A DNA stretch of 63,851 bases, filler included, from Octopus bimaculoides (Eukaryota), in NCBI RefSeq assembly GCF_001194135.2. It is 5 parts of 4 records of this genome, joined end to end, with 100 filler letters (N's around TTAATTAATTAA, not from the genome) between each part and the next. Parts side by side here need not be neighbours in the genome. Positions count along the whole stretch, not along the records: positions 38,513 to 51,469 come from NC_068981.1; positions 51,570 to 62,248 come from NC_068981.1; 3 more parts are not named here. The stretch is one strand, 5' to 3'. The position numbers and the translations under genes were made by a program. The notes beneath the pieces are model-generated. The model was given only the letters and a program-made list of their open reading frames with translations. It had not been told where the DNA came from and searched no databases. The first letter of the stretch is position 1. Each line of letters opens with the position of its first letter. This document shows, in pieces, positions 38,513 to 51,947 of the stretch.

Positions 38513-39492
38513 ATATATATATATATATATATATACACAAAGGCTCGTCGAGACGATAAGAACACGGCGTATAATATTACAATGTATGTAAGTAGGCAAA
38601 CACTTCGAACAATTATTACGTTTCGGACAGTTGTTTATTTATCGGTCAATGAAAAGTAGATAGGAAAAATGAATGGAAAATTACGTGAAAAGCATGCGGA
38701 TGGTATGGGCTGAGTGGTTTTGGTATATTACAAGTTCGTTCAGTTACGTTTTACAACCTCAAAAGTAGAGAATTAGGAGAGTATAAGAGGCTAATCATTA
38801 TGCTCACAATATCCCTTTATATATGTGCGTACATTCTTTGACTGTGTGTGTGTATGTGTGTGGTCCTTGTCACTCATTCGCACATGTACCTTTATAGTTT
38901 GTATACAACACACGCATACATACATACATACATACATGCATGCATACATATATANNNNNNNNNNGTGTGTGTGTGTGTGTGTGAGTGTGTGTGTGTATGT
39001 ATATATATATATATGTATATACACACACAACCATATGCATATACAAACACATACGCACACACCCACACATATATATCTCATATGTTGTGTAAATATATGT
39101 ACATGCATATGTGTGTGCATGTGCGCGTGTGTGTATGTGTACGCGCGCGCGTATGTGGATATGTGTGTCTGTGTGTGTGTATGTGTGTATGTGCAAATGA
39201 AGTGTTGTCTAGAAGACGACAAGAAAACCACAAATAAAATCACATTGTATATAATTACCATAACCGTGAAAAATTTGAATAGTGTTACATTTCGGACAAC
39301 CGTTTGTCGTCGAGAAGCAGCAACAAGGAGAGATAAATAGGCCATCGGTTACTGTCGGATGACATCATTTCCTTCTGTTGAAAGCTGCATTCGCCAAAGC
39401 CAAAGGATGAAGACGCATTTACCTTTACATGTATTATGCTATATTATATTATTTGATTTAACATCACATTGTATTTTCTTTTCTTGTGTTAA

Positions 39493-39544
<52 letters not shown>

Positions 39545-40444
39545 NNNNNNNNNNNNNNNNNNNNNNNNNNNNNNNNNNNNNNNNNNNNNNNNNNNNNNNN
39601 NNNNNNNNNNNNNNNNNNNNNNNNNNNNNNNNNNNNNNNNNNNNNNNNNNNNNNNNNNNNNNNNNNNNNNNNNNNNNNNNNNNNNNNNNNNNNNNNNNNN
39701 NNNNNNNNNNNNNNNNNNNNNNNNNNNNNNNNNNNNNNNNNNNNNNNNNNNNNNNNNNNNNNNNNNNNNNNNNNNNNNNNNNNNNNNNNNNNNNNNNNNN
39801 NNNNNNNNNNNNNNNNNNNNNNNNNNNNNNNNNNNNNNNNNNNNNNNNNNNNNNNNNNNNNNNNNNNNNNNNNNNNNNNNNNNNNNNNNNNNNNNNNNNN
39901 NNNNNNNNNNNNNNNNNNNNNNNNNNNNNNNNNNNNNNNNNNNNNNNNNNNNNNNNNNNNNNNNNNNNNNNNNNNNNNNNNNNNNNNNNNNNNNNNNNNN
40001 NNNNNNNNNNNNNNNNNNNNNNNNNNNNNNNNNNNNNNNNNNNNNNNNNNNNNNNNNNNNNNNNNNNNNNNNNNNNNNNNNNNNNNNNNNNNNNNNNNNN
40101 NNNNNNNNNNNNNNNNNNNNNNNNNNNNNNNNNNNNNNNNNNNNNNNNNNNNNNNNNNNNNNNNNNNNNNNNNNNNNNNNNNNNNNNNNNNNNNNNNNNN
40201 NNNNNNNNNNNNNNNNNNNNNNNNNNNNNNNNNNNNNNNNNNNNNNNNNNNNNNNNNNNNNNNNNNNNNNNNNNNNNNNNNNNNNNNNNNNNNNNNNNNN
40301 NNNNNNNNNNNNNNNNNNNNNNNNNNNNNNNNNNNNNNNNNNNNNNNNNNNNNNNNNNNNNNNNNNNNNNNNNNNNNNNNNNNNNNNNNNNNNNNNNNNN
40401 NNNNNNNNNNNNNNNNNNNNNNNNNNNNNNNNNNNNNNNNNNNN

Positions 40445-40493
<49 letters not shown>

Positions 40494-41376
40494 GTATTAA
40501 TGTTTTATACAAATAATAAGGGTATGTGTGCGAACGAGTGAGAGGGGCTTTGTTTTGCACAGGAAGTCGTTATCAGTGTGAGATTTTGTTACGAGGGAGG
40601 TGGTCTTGCTGGAGGAAATGCCAAAGGAAATGAACACGGTTATTAATTCTAGCAACGATGGCTGCGTTTAGTCCGTAAATCAATTGTTGATTACAGTGCA
40701 ACGAGAAATAGGAAATATTTGGTGAAAGCAGAAGGTTGTCGGTAGGTTCGGCGTGAAAAATTATAATTATGAGATTGAAGTCGGTGTGATCGTATGTTAC
40801 TACGTTGAATGTCTGAAAAATGCGATCATCCGGCTTGTGTGTGACAATGAAAAAAGGAAATATGGTCTGGAATGTTACGTAAATTGATATCACGTCTGAA
40901 ACAATGGAATCTTCAGGAAAGGTATCGAGTTATTTAAAAGTTTAAGTTAAAGCGTACGGTTGTTTTACACAATGGTGCTTTCATAAAGTTAAGATAGTGA
41001 ATATAGAGATTTCGAGGTGGTGAGCATATGAGGTAAATTGGGCTATATTCGGTTAATGATAGAGGTGCGATGAATGAGTGCGTTGAATGCTGGTCAGAAG
41101 CAATCCTGTTCTGTGAAACAGTGGGATACGCGATGTGACTCAGTGGCTCACACTTTGACGCTCGGCTACAAATTTAGCTGCGATGCAGGATGTGCGTGTA
41201 TGGACCACCGGAGATCGAGTTCGCGCGAGTGTGTTTGCGTATATTCTTTTACTCAACACCAGTTTGAGGAATATATANNNNNNNNNNNNNNNNNNNNNNN
41301 NNNNNNNNNNNNNNNNNNNNNNNNNNNNNNNNNNNNNNNNNNNNNNNNNNNNNNNNNNNNNNNNNNNNNNNNNNNN

Positions 41377-41424
<48 letters not shown>

Positions 41425-42480
41425 GGGGGAGAAATTAAGAGAAAAAGGCTGATATAGCTTTTTACCACCTTTACGCCTGTTTCAGTCATTGAACTCTGCC
41501 CATGCGTTCGTGTATGCGTGTGTATAATAATTGATAGGGAAGGCGGAGTGTACTGTAAGCTCTCTTTAGCTCGACGATCGTTTCTGCTAACATCAGCACT
41601 GCGTCTTTGTGGGTGGGGAACGTTATAATGGAATCGAATGCACCTCGCAGTGCAACAGAAACATCATCAGATCACATAATACGTCATATTATAAAATCTC
41701 CTATCGAAACTTCAATTCACGCACACGGTGCTGTTTGATATGCAATAACAAACTCTCTCTCTCCATTTTTTTTTCTCTCGCTCTCTCTTTCTCACTGTCT
41801 CTCTCTGGTTTTTACCAGTTCTTTGATAATGGTATCGCTGAAAATATTGCGCACTGAATATATGTATATATATGTCTGAATTTTATGATGAATTTCTATC
41901 CAATAATGCATTCATTTTTTAGCACGATATTCTTGAAGAAGTGTATAAATATTTAGGTACTTAATATGTGTATATGTTATTGTAAGTGCTTCGTCTTGGA
42001 AGTAAAAAATCAATTTCTCGCACTTTTATCTGAACTGATGACTCAAATTAAAAATTATGCTAATACTTCTGAGACATGTTTGACATAGAATTTCAAATGA
42101 GAGTTCGATTTTACGATGATAAATGTGCATCAGCAACTCGTATGTGTATGTGGATGGGTGGTATATGCCATTGTAGTTTGTGGATGAGTATATAGATTTG
42201 ACGTATATATTCTTTTGTGTCCGTCCACTTTTATTCTCTTGCCGTGTCAGACCACTGGTTGAAGACATTCTGACTCTCGAATCTCAGTACCACTATTGCT
42301 ATTGTATGCTTTTTGTTTAGTTACTAAACGGCTTAGGGGCCTCTGATGTTATGTACCTCCCCAAGTGGTATTTGAATTTATTTCATTTCGTTCCGTATAG
42401 AATCTGATGCATTGGAAAGAAAATTAGCGAACCAATACATAACTTTGTATAGGAAACTTTTCCATATTATGTTTTTGTCC

Positions 42481-42900
42481 AAGACAGCGAGCTGACAGAA
42501 GTGTTAGTACGCCGGACAAAATACCCAGCGGCATTTTGTCCATCTTTACGTTTTGAGTTCAAATTTCGACGAGGTGAATTTTGCCATTCACCCTCTCGGA
42601 GTTCGATAAAATAAGTACTTGTTGACTACTGAGTTTGATGCAATGAATTTACTACTTACCCCCAAATTACTGGCCTTGTGCCAAAATTTAAAATCAATTT
42701 TATGTTATTGCTCAAGGCGGAGAGTGGGCAGAAAAGTTAGCACGCCTGGCAAAATGTTTAGCAGCATTTCGTCTGTCTTTACGTTCTGAGTTGAAATGCC
42801 GCCGATTTCGAGCTCAATAATATAAGTACCAGTTGAGTACCCGCTCCACCAGAATTGCTGGCCTTGTTCCAAAATTTAAAATCAATATTATGTTATTAAT
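42481..42900 (+). mobile_element. Tandem dimer of SINE type D (42481-42712, 42714-42900; second internally deleted)
   Basis: Both copies end ggccttgt(g/t)ccaaaatttaaaatcaat(t/a)ttatgttatt. Confidence 0.85.
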
Positions 42901-42949
42901 GAGGACCATGTATCTGGCAGCATGCAGTAACACTCATCGCTAAAATTTT

Positions 42950-44270
42950 GTCACTATTCTGTCTAAATTTGTATATGCACTTAAACAAAGATCTTCCAAT
43001 TAAATTCTACCGCGAATCTTCCCGTCATTCCTGTTATCGAGTAGAGTCTTGCATTTGAAACGACGTGTCCCAACAGTATCGCTTTATAGAATCAATTGTT
43101 TTCACTAGCACTGTATAGATTGTGTAATACAGTAAACAAATTTACTTTACCTGATGATCATAATTTAGTGTTGAAAAATACAGATGGCTTATAATTTGTG
43201 CTTCACACAGATGGAAAGTAAATTCCATTTCTGTCTTTCTAAATGTTTTTCTCCAATAGTTCCTTTAGTTTCTTAGTCATATGAACATGAATTCACGTGT
43301 CATATCTCATTAGAATTCCAGTATCACACCTATTCTAATACTGAAATTGCAAAAACTCCTACTCATGTGTATCGATGTTGTAATGTGCTTCAAAGCTGAT
43401 AGCGAAGTATTTGAAAATTTCTATTACAGAATTTAATTAACCATTTATACTGAGGTGTTTCGTTTCGGCTTTTAGCAGCATCGGGGAGGGTATTTGCTAT
43501 TTATTCTAAAGAATTACCATCTTCATGGTCGTTCCACTTACTACAAGCAATAACCGAATTGTCCGGAAGTGGAAGCCCTCTGCCTTTAAAAATGAATGGA
43601 TGCATTTACTTATTCTATAATAATACTTAAAGGAAAACTAAATTATTATGACCTGATTGTCTTTGATTTAATAGATGTTGAATATAGGCTGACCTGGGAT
43701 TAAACTAAACTTCAGTGACTTGTATCCAGTTGTCATGCTTAGATAACGTATTTCATTGATCGAATTAAAGAATATCCTCATAATGTACAACTAAGCTATG
43801 TTAACATTTTCAGGCTTGACTTTATTAGACACTCTAATTTAACGAAGTGACAATGTTGATTTTAACTGAAATTGTGCTGGTTAACAATTACTAATTAATG
43901 TTTCTCTCTGATATCAATCAGTTTCTCAATGATAATTCATTCCACGGTTTTTCAAGTACGAAAATACAGCTTCAGCATTACCATTCCGCTATGAAGTAGC
44001 ACGTATTATATCTACTTGCAAGATTCTGTAGACTAATTACCTTCTAGGAATCTTTAAATGTTTTGTTGCATGTTAATCGTTGGTCGGAAATTCATCACAA
44101 GCTGTTATTGAATTAGAAACCTTGTCAAGCTCGTAGATATTGGATAATGTTGTTATGAAAATACTAGCTTCTGGTATAAAAACATTAATGTAAACAATAC
44201 AAGACTTTTATTCAATTCTAATTGTAATGAGGGGGGATACATCTTTCGTACAATAACGGTATGCGGTTTC
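42950..44270 (-). mobile_element. Highly decayed LINE reverse-transcriptase remnant (CR1/L2-like)
   Basis: Only motif ghosts in the expected order on the minus strand (QH.F..KST, YLS, then agtataaatgg...ttcaaatacttcg resembling ING...FKYLG); no open frame. Confidence 0.3.
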
Positions 44271-44822
44271 TACCCAAACTTGATTAAATTCCAAAGCGGT
44301 ATATAGTCAGAAAAAAATACACATGTATATATATATATATATATATNNNNNNNNNNNNNNNNNNNNNNNNNNNNNNNNNNNNNNNNNNNNNNNNNNNNNN
44401 NNNNNNNNNNNNNNNNNNNNNNNNNNNNNNNNNNNNNNNNNTCCGATCTTATACATACATACACAATTGGTGTTTTTTTCTTAGGATGTAAACAATTACT
44501 TTGTTTAAAGTTTAAAAATAATTGCCGTCCTAAATTTACCAACTGCTCATTATATGAGACTATGTATAGTTTTCGTTAGACGTCCATATGCACCGATTCA
44601 CCACTAAATCTGCTTTAAAATGTAGCGTCAGATTACACAATATAATTTATCCTATTATAAATTTTACCTCAGTATTGAACTAATTATAAACTTCTGTCTT
44701 CTCAAAACAGAGTTACGGTTTTTATAGGTGTGTGTCCGTGTCTAGCTACACGTATGAGCATCTCCATTGAAGAAATTTGCTAGGGCAGTGAGTTTACATA
44801 TGAAGCCATGGAATGTTTTCTT

Positions 44823-44858
<36 letters not shown>

Positions 44859-45031
44859 ACTATCTATCTATATATCTATCTATCTATCTATTTAACTAGC
44901 TAACTATCTATTTATGTATCACTCTCACTCTCTCCACAAACACACACAATCAAGCACACACACACACACACCCACACACACACACACACACATACACACA
45001 TGAATGTGTATCAAATGAGTACTTTTGAATA

Positions 45032-45339
45032 TCTATACTATAAAAGGCAGATTTTCTGTGTGTGTGTGTGTGTATGTTTAAAACTCATACATTTACACAA
45101 TTCCAAATTTCTTGAATTAAACAATCGCAATTAATATTCTAAATACAATTTGTTAGGTCACTGCGTCATTTTTTTCACTAACAAGATTTAATTAATATGT
45201 GTACTATTTTAATATATTTCTGAGACTCACTTTATATATTACTCTCACTATTCCGTCTGTTACATGATTGCATGAATTTACAGTAAATCCGAAAGCAACT
45301 GGGTAGCTTTGAAACTCATTCATTTCTATAAGTTACTAG
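45032..45339 (+). mobile_element. Short non-autonomous Helitron
   Basis: A|TCTATACTATAAAAGGCAG 5' end, internal (TG)n, decayed ccgaaagcaactgggta subterminal motif, ends CTAG|T; sits between A and T with no TSD. Confidence 0.6.
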
Positions 45340-45399
45340 TACCAGTAATTATTGCTTTGTGAATGATAAATACCTTCACCGGATGTGTCTTAGCTTTAT

Positions 45400-46500
45400 A
45401 TAGAGAGCAACGAAATTAAATACTAAAATGCATGTTGACATATGATCGACTTTGAAAATTGTAGATAAGTTTGACATATAATCATCTTTATGTCTGCCAG
45501 TAAAATGTTGCTAAATTCTTTTTTTCCAACTTGGAAGAGATTAAATATAAATTTGTCTAAGGTAGGAGTTGAACATCGTGGAGCATATCGAAAGCTTGAC
45601 AGATGCATTTCTTTTCGTATATGTACCAATTAGCTACTTTTCGTACTTTCATACGTGGTTGTGCATAAAATCTTTATTCCATAAACCCTTTTGACCCATA
45701 ACATGTTCCAAATATCAATACGTCGTATAAATATTATTCCTTTCAGAAATGTTAGAATGAGGGTTATCACCTTTGGCACCAAGAGCAGTAAAACGTGATT
45801 AATATATCGCTATGTCTAATATGCAAGATAAAATGTAAATGACATTGTATTTCTGGTTATTCTTCTTTGTAAAATGGGTTGAGTATCAAAATATCATCGA
45901 ACGCTGATGTTCGTGATAGACAAATCGAAATCCGAAATATCTCACTGCTGTTGTGACGTCAGATAATTATTCATTTACTTCCTATGGTTTCGATTTCTCT
46001 TCGTGGATGATGTATGCCAAATTTATTTGAGATGTATGTGAACACGAAGAAATGTAATTAGTGTGAATCTTAAAATAAATATATTTAGCAAGATCCAAAA
46101 ACGAGTATCAATCATATTGTTAATCTTAAACAGATTATAGTTTGTCTATAATCTGTTGAAGTAACGTAAAATGAAATAAATAAATATTTGCAATTCAAGT
46201 ATTATCAGGATTACAGAAGTTTAGCTGAGCATAATTCCATTCCAATCGATTTTCCACAATTTGGAAATGATACGTAAGAAATAGTGAAGAAATTATTCGT
46301 CAGCCATACTTATTGTCCAAAGACAGTTAAAAACCGGGACTGTAAAATTTAATGAAGATCTTAATGCCGTATTAAGATCTTAAATTATTATCAATCAAGC
46401 AGTCATATATTTGTACGCTAATTAATTATATAAGTCTGTTGTCTTGGCTACTACATTCGTCATTCGATAAAATATCTTTAATTATAACTTTCATGAAGGT
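45400..46500 (+). mobile_element. Highly decayed LINE reverse-transcriptase remnant
   Basis: aaacccttttgac (K.FD ghost) near 45685, FLFVDDV at about 45995-46015 (RT catalytic LFADD-like), QFKY near 46192, in the correct order. Confidence 0.35.
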
Positions 46501-46999
46501 GTACTAATATACTATAGAACATACTACAAGGGCATTAATTTTAAGAATGGAAATCTCATAAATGTTTTCTAGCGTTTGTTAAGATAGGATCAGGCAGGTT
46601 CCCGAAATATATATTCCTTGAAATGTGTAGATATTGAATTACTTCAGAAAATACATAAATTCCCGCAAACTGTACCATATTGTTAAAGGAACTGTTTGTA
46701 CTCGAATGAACAATATAAGCTCAATGCTTCAAATATAGACGGGAAGGTGTAAGCATACTATTTGGAATATCGAATTTTTCTAGAATATAGATATACATTG
46801 ATTTTAAAATATGAGAATCCTACAAGAAAATAAGATGGATGCGCATCCTATATCTATTATTATGAGAGAAACACAAGCTCGTTGGAATGCGTTCGCTGTC
46901 AATAATAAAGTAATTGAATGAGATATGATATTAATATAATGTAAATATACACATGTGTGTGTATGTGTGTGTGTGTGCGCGCGTGTGTGTGTGTGTGTG

Positions 47000-47041
<42 letters not shown>

Positions 47042-47733
47042 GAACTTAACGAAAGTGTCTCGGAAACAGATGTCTCCTTTTGTAATTACTAATATGTATG
47101 GATGACCAAAATTATTCATATTCAGGAAGGGTCCGGTTTCATTTTATATATTATTTCATAATAATGCATTGGAATGTCGGTTGTGTGAGGTTTCATTAGT
47201 GACCTTCTCCTCCATATATTTTTCAGAGATAGTGTCATTATTTTTGTTTTTTTTACTATCATAATGATATTTGTAGCCAAAAATACCCCGGTTCTGACTA
47301 CTTTCGTTTTGTGCAAATCTCGAACTAAATTATCTAAAGTTTTCCTTCTGAGTTTATGGTTCTACTGTTGATTTGATGAAGTTTAATTGACATTTCGAGT
47401 AGGGCACTGACCGTATAGTCACTTTATTCGTTAGCAAAGATTTAGTAATGCTTTTAATGTTTCATACATTCTCATTATTAACAAAATGTTAAAGTATGAG
47501 TCATTCGATCAGGAGTAATCATTAGATTTGTCGTAAGGAATAATATACACAGACAAATTCATTTCTATTTATCAGGGACTAGGAAAATATGCGTCTAGAA
47601 CCTCGACATTCCATGTAAAAGCTACTGAACCGCTTAGAAATCATCATGCCGCGAGATTTCATTGCTTAGCATGTTAAGATTCGTGCATGCCATGAAGCAA
47701 ATCCCAACAGAATACTACATATGCTAACAATAA

Positions 47734-47774
<41 letters not shown>

Positions 47775-48880
47775 TATTCTGAGGTCAGCAACCTATTCAA
47801 ACAGAATTATGACAAAAGATACATCAAGTGTTGGTGCATCTGTTAAATGTATTGTTAAACGCATATAAGATGACATGATTCCCGAGAGAATAAGATACGA
47901 CTTGAGCGAAATTTGGCTGCTACACCTGTCAAATATAATGACCACTTAGAGAGGCACTTTTCGATGGGTCGTTCATTTTATTGAGGCCCTGTTTAAAAGG
48001 GCTGAGTATTACTTCAGAAAAAAGAAAAGTGTGGGAGAGGTGAATATGACATTTATTCGGTAGTTGTTTTTTCTAAGGTGATTATCTACTTCAAATACGT
48101 TGGAGTTTGATGACTTGAATTACGAATAACTTAATTTTAGAATATATATATGAATATGCATACATATATANNNNNNNNNNNNNNNNNNNNNNNNNNNNNN
48201 NNNNNNNNNNNNNNNNNNNNNNNNNNNNNNNNNNNNNNNNNNNNNNNNNNNNNNNNNNNNNNNNNNNNNNNNNNNNNNNNNNNNNNNNNNNNNNNNNNNN
48301 NNNNNNNNNNNNNNNNNNNNNNNNNNNNNNNNNNNNNNNNNNNNNNNNNNNNNNNNNNNNNNNNNNNNNNNNNNNNNNNNNNNNNNNNNNNNNNNNNNNN
48401 NNNNNNNNNNNNNNNNNNNNNNNNNNNNNNNNNNNNNNNNNNNNNNNNNNNNNNNNNNNNNNNNNNNNNNNNNNNNNNNNNNNNNNNNNNNNNNNNNNNN
48501 NNNNNNNNNNNNNNNNNNNNNNNNNNNNNNNNNNNNNNNNNNNNNNNNNNNNNNNNNNNNNNNNCACGTAAGAGAAACATTCACAGTTTCGCTGCATTAC
48601 GTCAAATAATGTTATTAGAAATACTATTCATAAATTGACAGCATCTTTGTGCTGTCTGAAAAAATAGCAAAGAAAGTGTAAATTCTTTTCAAAACGAATA
48701 CTTCTTTATTTACAATTATAATTCATCTTGGTGCACAGAATTCCTCTGACATAGCATGACGTTGCCCCATTGGAACCGTTTGCCAAGAGTTTGAGTTAGG
48801 TGTAAACAATATATACATATACATACATACTTACATACATACACCCATATATATAAATATACTGCCTGAGTGAATGCTCA

Positions 48881-48915
<35 letters not shown>

Positions 48916-49018
48916 GAGTGTGTGTGCGTGTGTGTGTGTGTGCGTGTGTGTATGTGGGGGTGTGCGCCTGTGCATATACGTGTGTATATTATTTCATGAC
49001 TGCTGTATTTGAATAATA

Positions 49019-49079
49019 CATATACCTGATGAACAAACACTTGCCGGAAAGTGTTGAAAATATCACTTATCAGTATGTG
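49019..49079 (+). ncRNA. Near-intact type I hammerhead ribozyme (U16.1>C, bulged helix II)
   Basis: catatac CTGATGA a(caa)acactt gccgga aagtgtt GAAA ata tcact tat C A gtatgtg: helix I 7 bp (one G-U), helix III 3 bp. Confidence 0.5.
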
Positions 49080-50094
49080 ATATTGAGTAACTAAAGATGG
49101 TAGCACAAGAGCGTGATCCCAGTAACAAGGTCCATCTTAAATACGATTCAATTTGTGCGTTGATAATGTAGCTTTATGTTATGCTGCATAATACCAAGGT
49201 GTTATAAGTGAATCTGCACTTCTGCATGTATTCAATCACTGAGAAGCATTCACAGCCAAATGCGTAAGTGTTGAGCATAGAATGAATACAATATGATGAT
49301 TCAGCGCCAGAACCAAGCGGATTTTATTCACTTTTATTCGCTAGAAGTAATGTCTTGCATTCGATTTAACCGTGAAATCTCGTTGTTGCCTTGTTGACCC
49401 ACCTATATTTATTCATGTCTTCTTGGGAGAGTTCCTAATATGAGCATATTAAAAGATTATATCACACTACTTATAGACAAAAAGTGTTTGGCTTTGCTTT
49501 ACTTAAAATACATCAAATCATCTTCATTTTTTTTTTAAATGGACATTACAGTTAAATATATATAAGCCGGGCTAAAATTAATCGATCGTCATCAGGAGTT
49601 TTCAGTTTCTATGTCATCAAGTTCAAGTTAGCCTTTCATCCTTTCGTTAACGAAATAAATTCCAACTGAGCACTAACGTAGGTGTAATGGACTAGACCCT
49701 CCCCGTAAAATGTTAAGCGTTGTCTCTTTAGCAGAAGAAAAAATAAACATCTGACTTCTGACGCGAATGCAAAGAAAAGCCTACAAGTTGCATTTCTAAA
49801 ATGTAAAATACACAGTGACAAACCAATATGCATGCTGACATGAATGAATATTTAAGCACTCATACAAATAGTCATATACACAAGCTGATCCGACAAACAT
49901 GCATTCACACATACACACATCTATATCATTGAGCAAGATTTGATATGGGAGTCAATCCATTCCTTGCTAACTCAGAGTTTTGTCTAAAGTGAGGTTATTT
50001 TCGGCTGCCATCAGCATTAGTAAAGAACCCAGCCACAGAAGCAGTACATCCTGGCAATTTTGATATATACCACCCCACCACACAAAATGGAATA

Positions 50095-50255
50095 GCTGCG
50101 TCGTTAAGAAGCACTATTCACAGTCATGGAGTTTCAAGTTCAGACACTTTGCGAGGAAAAGATTGAAACTTATTGCACTATTACCCCGGCCTATCGAGTG
50201 CGTTGTGTCGGAATCTGTTAGGCGAAAACTCAGAGAAGCCCGACATACATATATG
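50095..50255 (+). mobile_element. Degenerate SINE type B
   Basis: gttaagaagcactattcacagtcatggagtttcaagttcag...ggcgaaaactcagagaagcccgac followed by the (TATG)n tail. Confidence 0.55.
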
Positions 50256-50321
50256 TTTTTATGCTTGTATGTATGTATGTATGTATGTGTGTATGTATGT
50301 ATGTATGTATGTATGTATATG

Positions 50322-50363
<42 letters not shown>

Positions 50364-50559
50364 CATATATACATATANNNNNNNNNNNNNNNNNNNNNNN
50401 NNNNNNNNNNNNNNNNNNNNNNNNNNNNNNNNNNNNNNNNNNNNTATATATATATATATATATATATGCATATGATAATCTCTATTAAGTTGAAATGTTC
50501 TGGTGACGTAGATGGAGCTCCGGCGAATGCTAATTGTATTGCAGAGTAGGATAAGGTGG

Positions 50560-51200
50560 GAGATTTTTACTTATTAAATTTGTAATTGTTTTATAATTCA
50601 GACTTCGGTTATTCATAAAGAGCAATGCGACTAGGTGTGTTTCTTTAAGTTTGTCAGGTTTAGGTCTCGGGTTTGTTTCTATCTTTTTAATTTTAGGGGT
50701 TCACGCAAAAAAGTGTAGATAGGAAAGAAATTCAGTTAGTCAGTAGTTTTCTACTTGGTTTAGTTGTTGATGGTTTTATATTGACACAAATGGTATTTAA
50801 CTTACTTTCTATTTTCATTTGATAATGTCTAGGTTATAGTTTAGTGTTCAGCCCAGTATTTAATCCTTTGTTAGTTGGTGTGTTTATTTAGGTGTGTCAC
50901 TTTGTAGGTTACAAAGTTGTTAATGTTTCACAGATGAGTGAGAATACGTGGAAATATTAGTTGGTCAGCAGATTTCTTTATTTGCTCTTGGCATTATTTA
51001 GATTTAACCTGTTTATATTGGAAACGTAGAGTTTATCTCGACTCATTGGTTCAGCTAAAGTTTCCTTTTTTTTAAGTTCCAGCAAAACGGTTATAATTTT
51101 CTGAAATAATGTTCTGAATATGTTGTAGTGTTTTTAATGCATTTAGAGATCGTTTGCTTAGGTAATATAACTTTTATAACGAAGATTATATTTCTAGAGA
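50560..51200 (-). mobile_element. Possible decayed L1/Tx1-like RT remnant
   Basis: Minus-strand ghosts ttcctatctacactt...gaaccccta (LS.LLF..EPL-like); strong strand asymmetry. Confidence 0.25.
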
Positions 51201-51295
51201 AATATCATTTTTCTCAAAATAAGAAAAAAAAAACATTCAGTAAATCTTAATCATTCTGTTAGCACTGCGAGAGAGAAAGACAGAGAGAGTTACAT

Positions 51296-51390
51296 AGGTG
51301 TGGCTCTGTGGTATGAAGTTTGCTTCACAACCACTTGATCCTGTGTTATCTTGGGAGAGTGTTTTTTCCTTGTACTATAGCATTGCGCCA
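51296..51390 (+). mobile_element. SINE type B head fragment
   Basis: aggtgtggctctgtggtatgaagtttgcttcacaaccac...ttgggagagtg...tactatagc. Confidence 0.55.
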
Positions 51391-51429
51391 ACTAACATAT
51401 ATATATATATATATATCACACAAGCATGC

Positions 51430-51469
<40 letters not shown>

Positions 51470-51569
51470 NNNNNNNNNNNNNNNNNNNNNNNNNNNNNNN
51501 NNNNNNNNNNNNNTTAATTAATTAANNNNNNNNNNNNNNNNNNNNNNNNNNNNNNNNNNNNNNNNNNNN
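51470..51569. other. Scaffolding linker artefact N44-TTAATTAATTAA-N44
   Basis: Same 100-bp construct as 21438. Confidence 0.95.
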
Positions 51570-51681
51570 ATATATAATTAATAAGTCTTAGGGTAGCAAA
51601 AAATTAAGAAATTTAATTTATTTCCAGTGGTGTAGCGAGAAAAAAATTAGTCAACAGACTATATATTATTCATGTAAAACA

Positions 51682-51947
51682 CAGTGTACATTTAATACAC
51701 ATTAGAGATGCCCATAAAAAGACATCTGATCCGCTGGAAAGAGCAGCCAAAACTCTACACCACAAAATTAGGGATAATTGCGAAAGGAATGAAAAATAAA
51801 ATCATTTACCATATAGGTGGTAAATGTTTTTATTTTTCATTCCTTTCGAAATTATCCCTAGTTTTGTGGTGTAGAACTTTGGCTGCTCTTTCTAGCGGGC
51901 CAGATGTCCTTTGATGGGTATCTCCAATGTGTATTAAATGTACACTG
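51682..51947. mobile_element. Foldback MITE (Tc1/mariner-type CAGTG termini), 130-bp arms, 6-nt loop
   Basis: Left arm 51682-51811 is the reverse complement of 51818-51947 with scattered mismatches; the right end is followed by TA, the left is preceded by CA. Confidence 0.9.

Noticed and set aside
38545-39325. Two loosely similar segments (gacga.aagaa.ac ... ttac.tttcggaca) at about 38545-38640 and 39205-39320, with GAAA-stem ghosts
   Set aside because: Similarity too patchy to call a duplication or ribozyme by eye
40563-40900. Strong acceptor ttgttttgcacAG followed by G-rich unique sequence
   Set aside because: All three frames close within about 35 codons and no clear donor; could be UTR but unsupported
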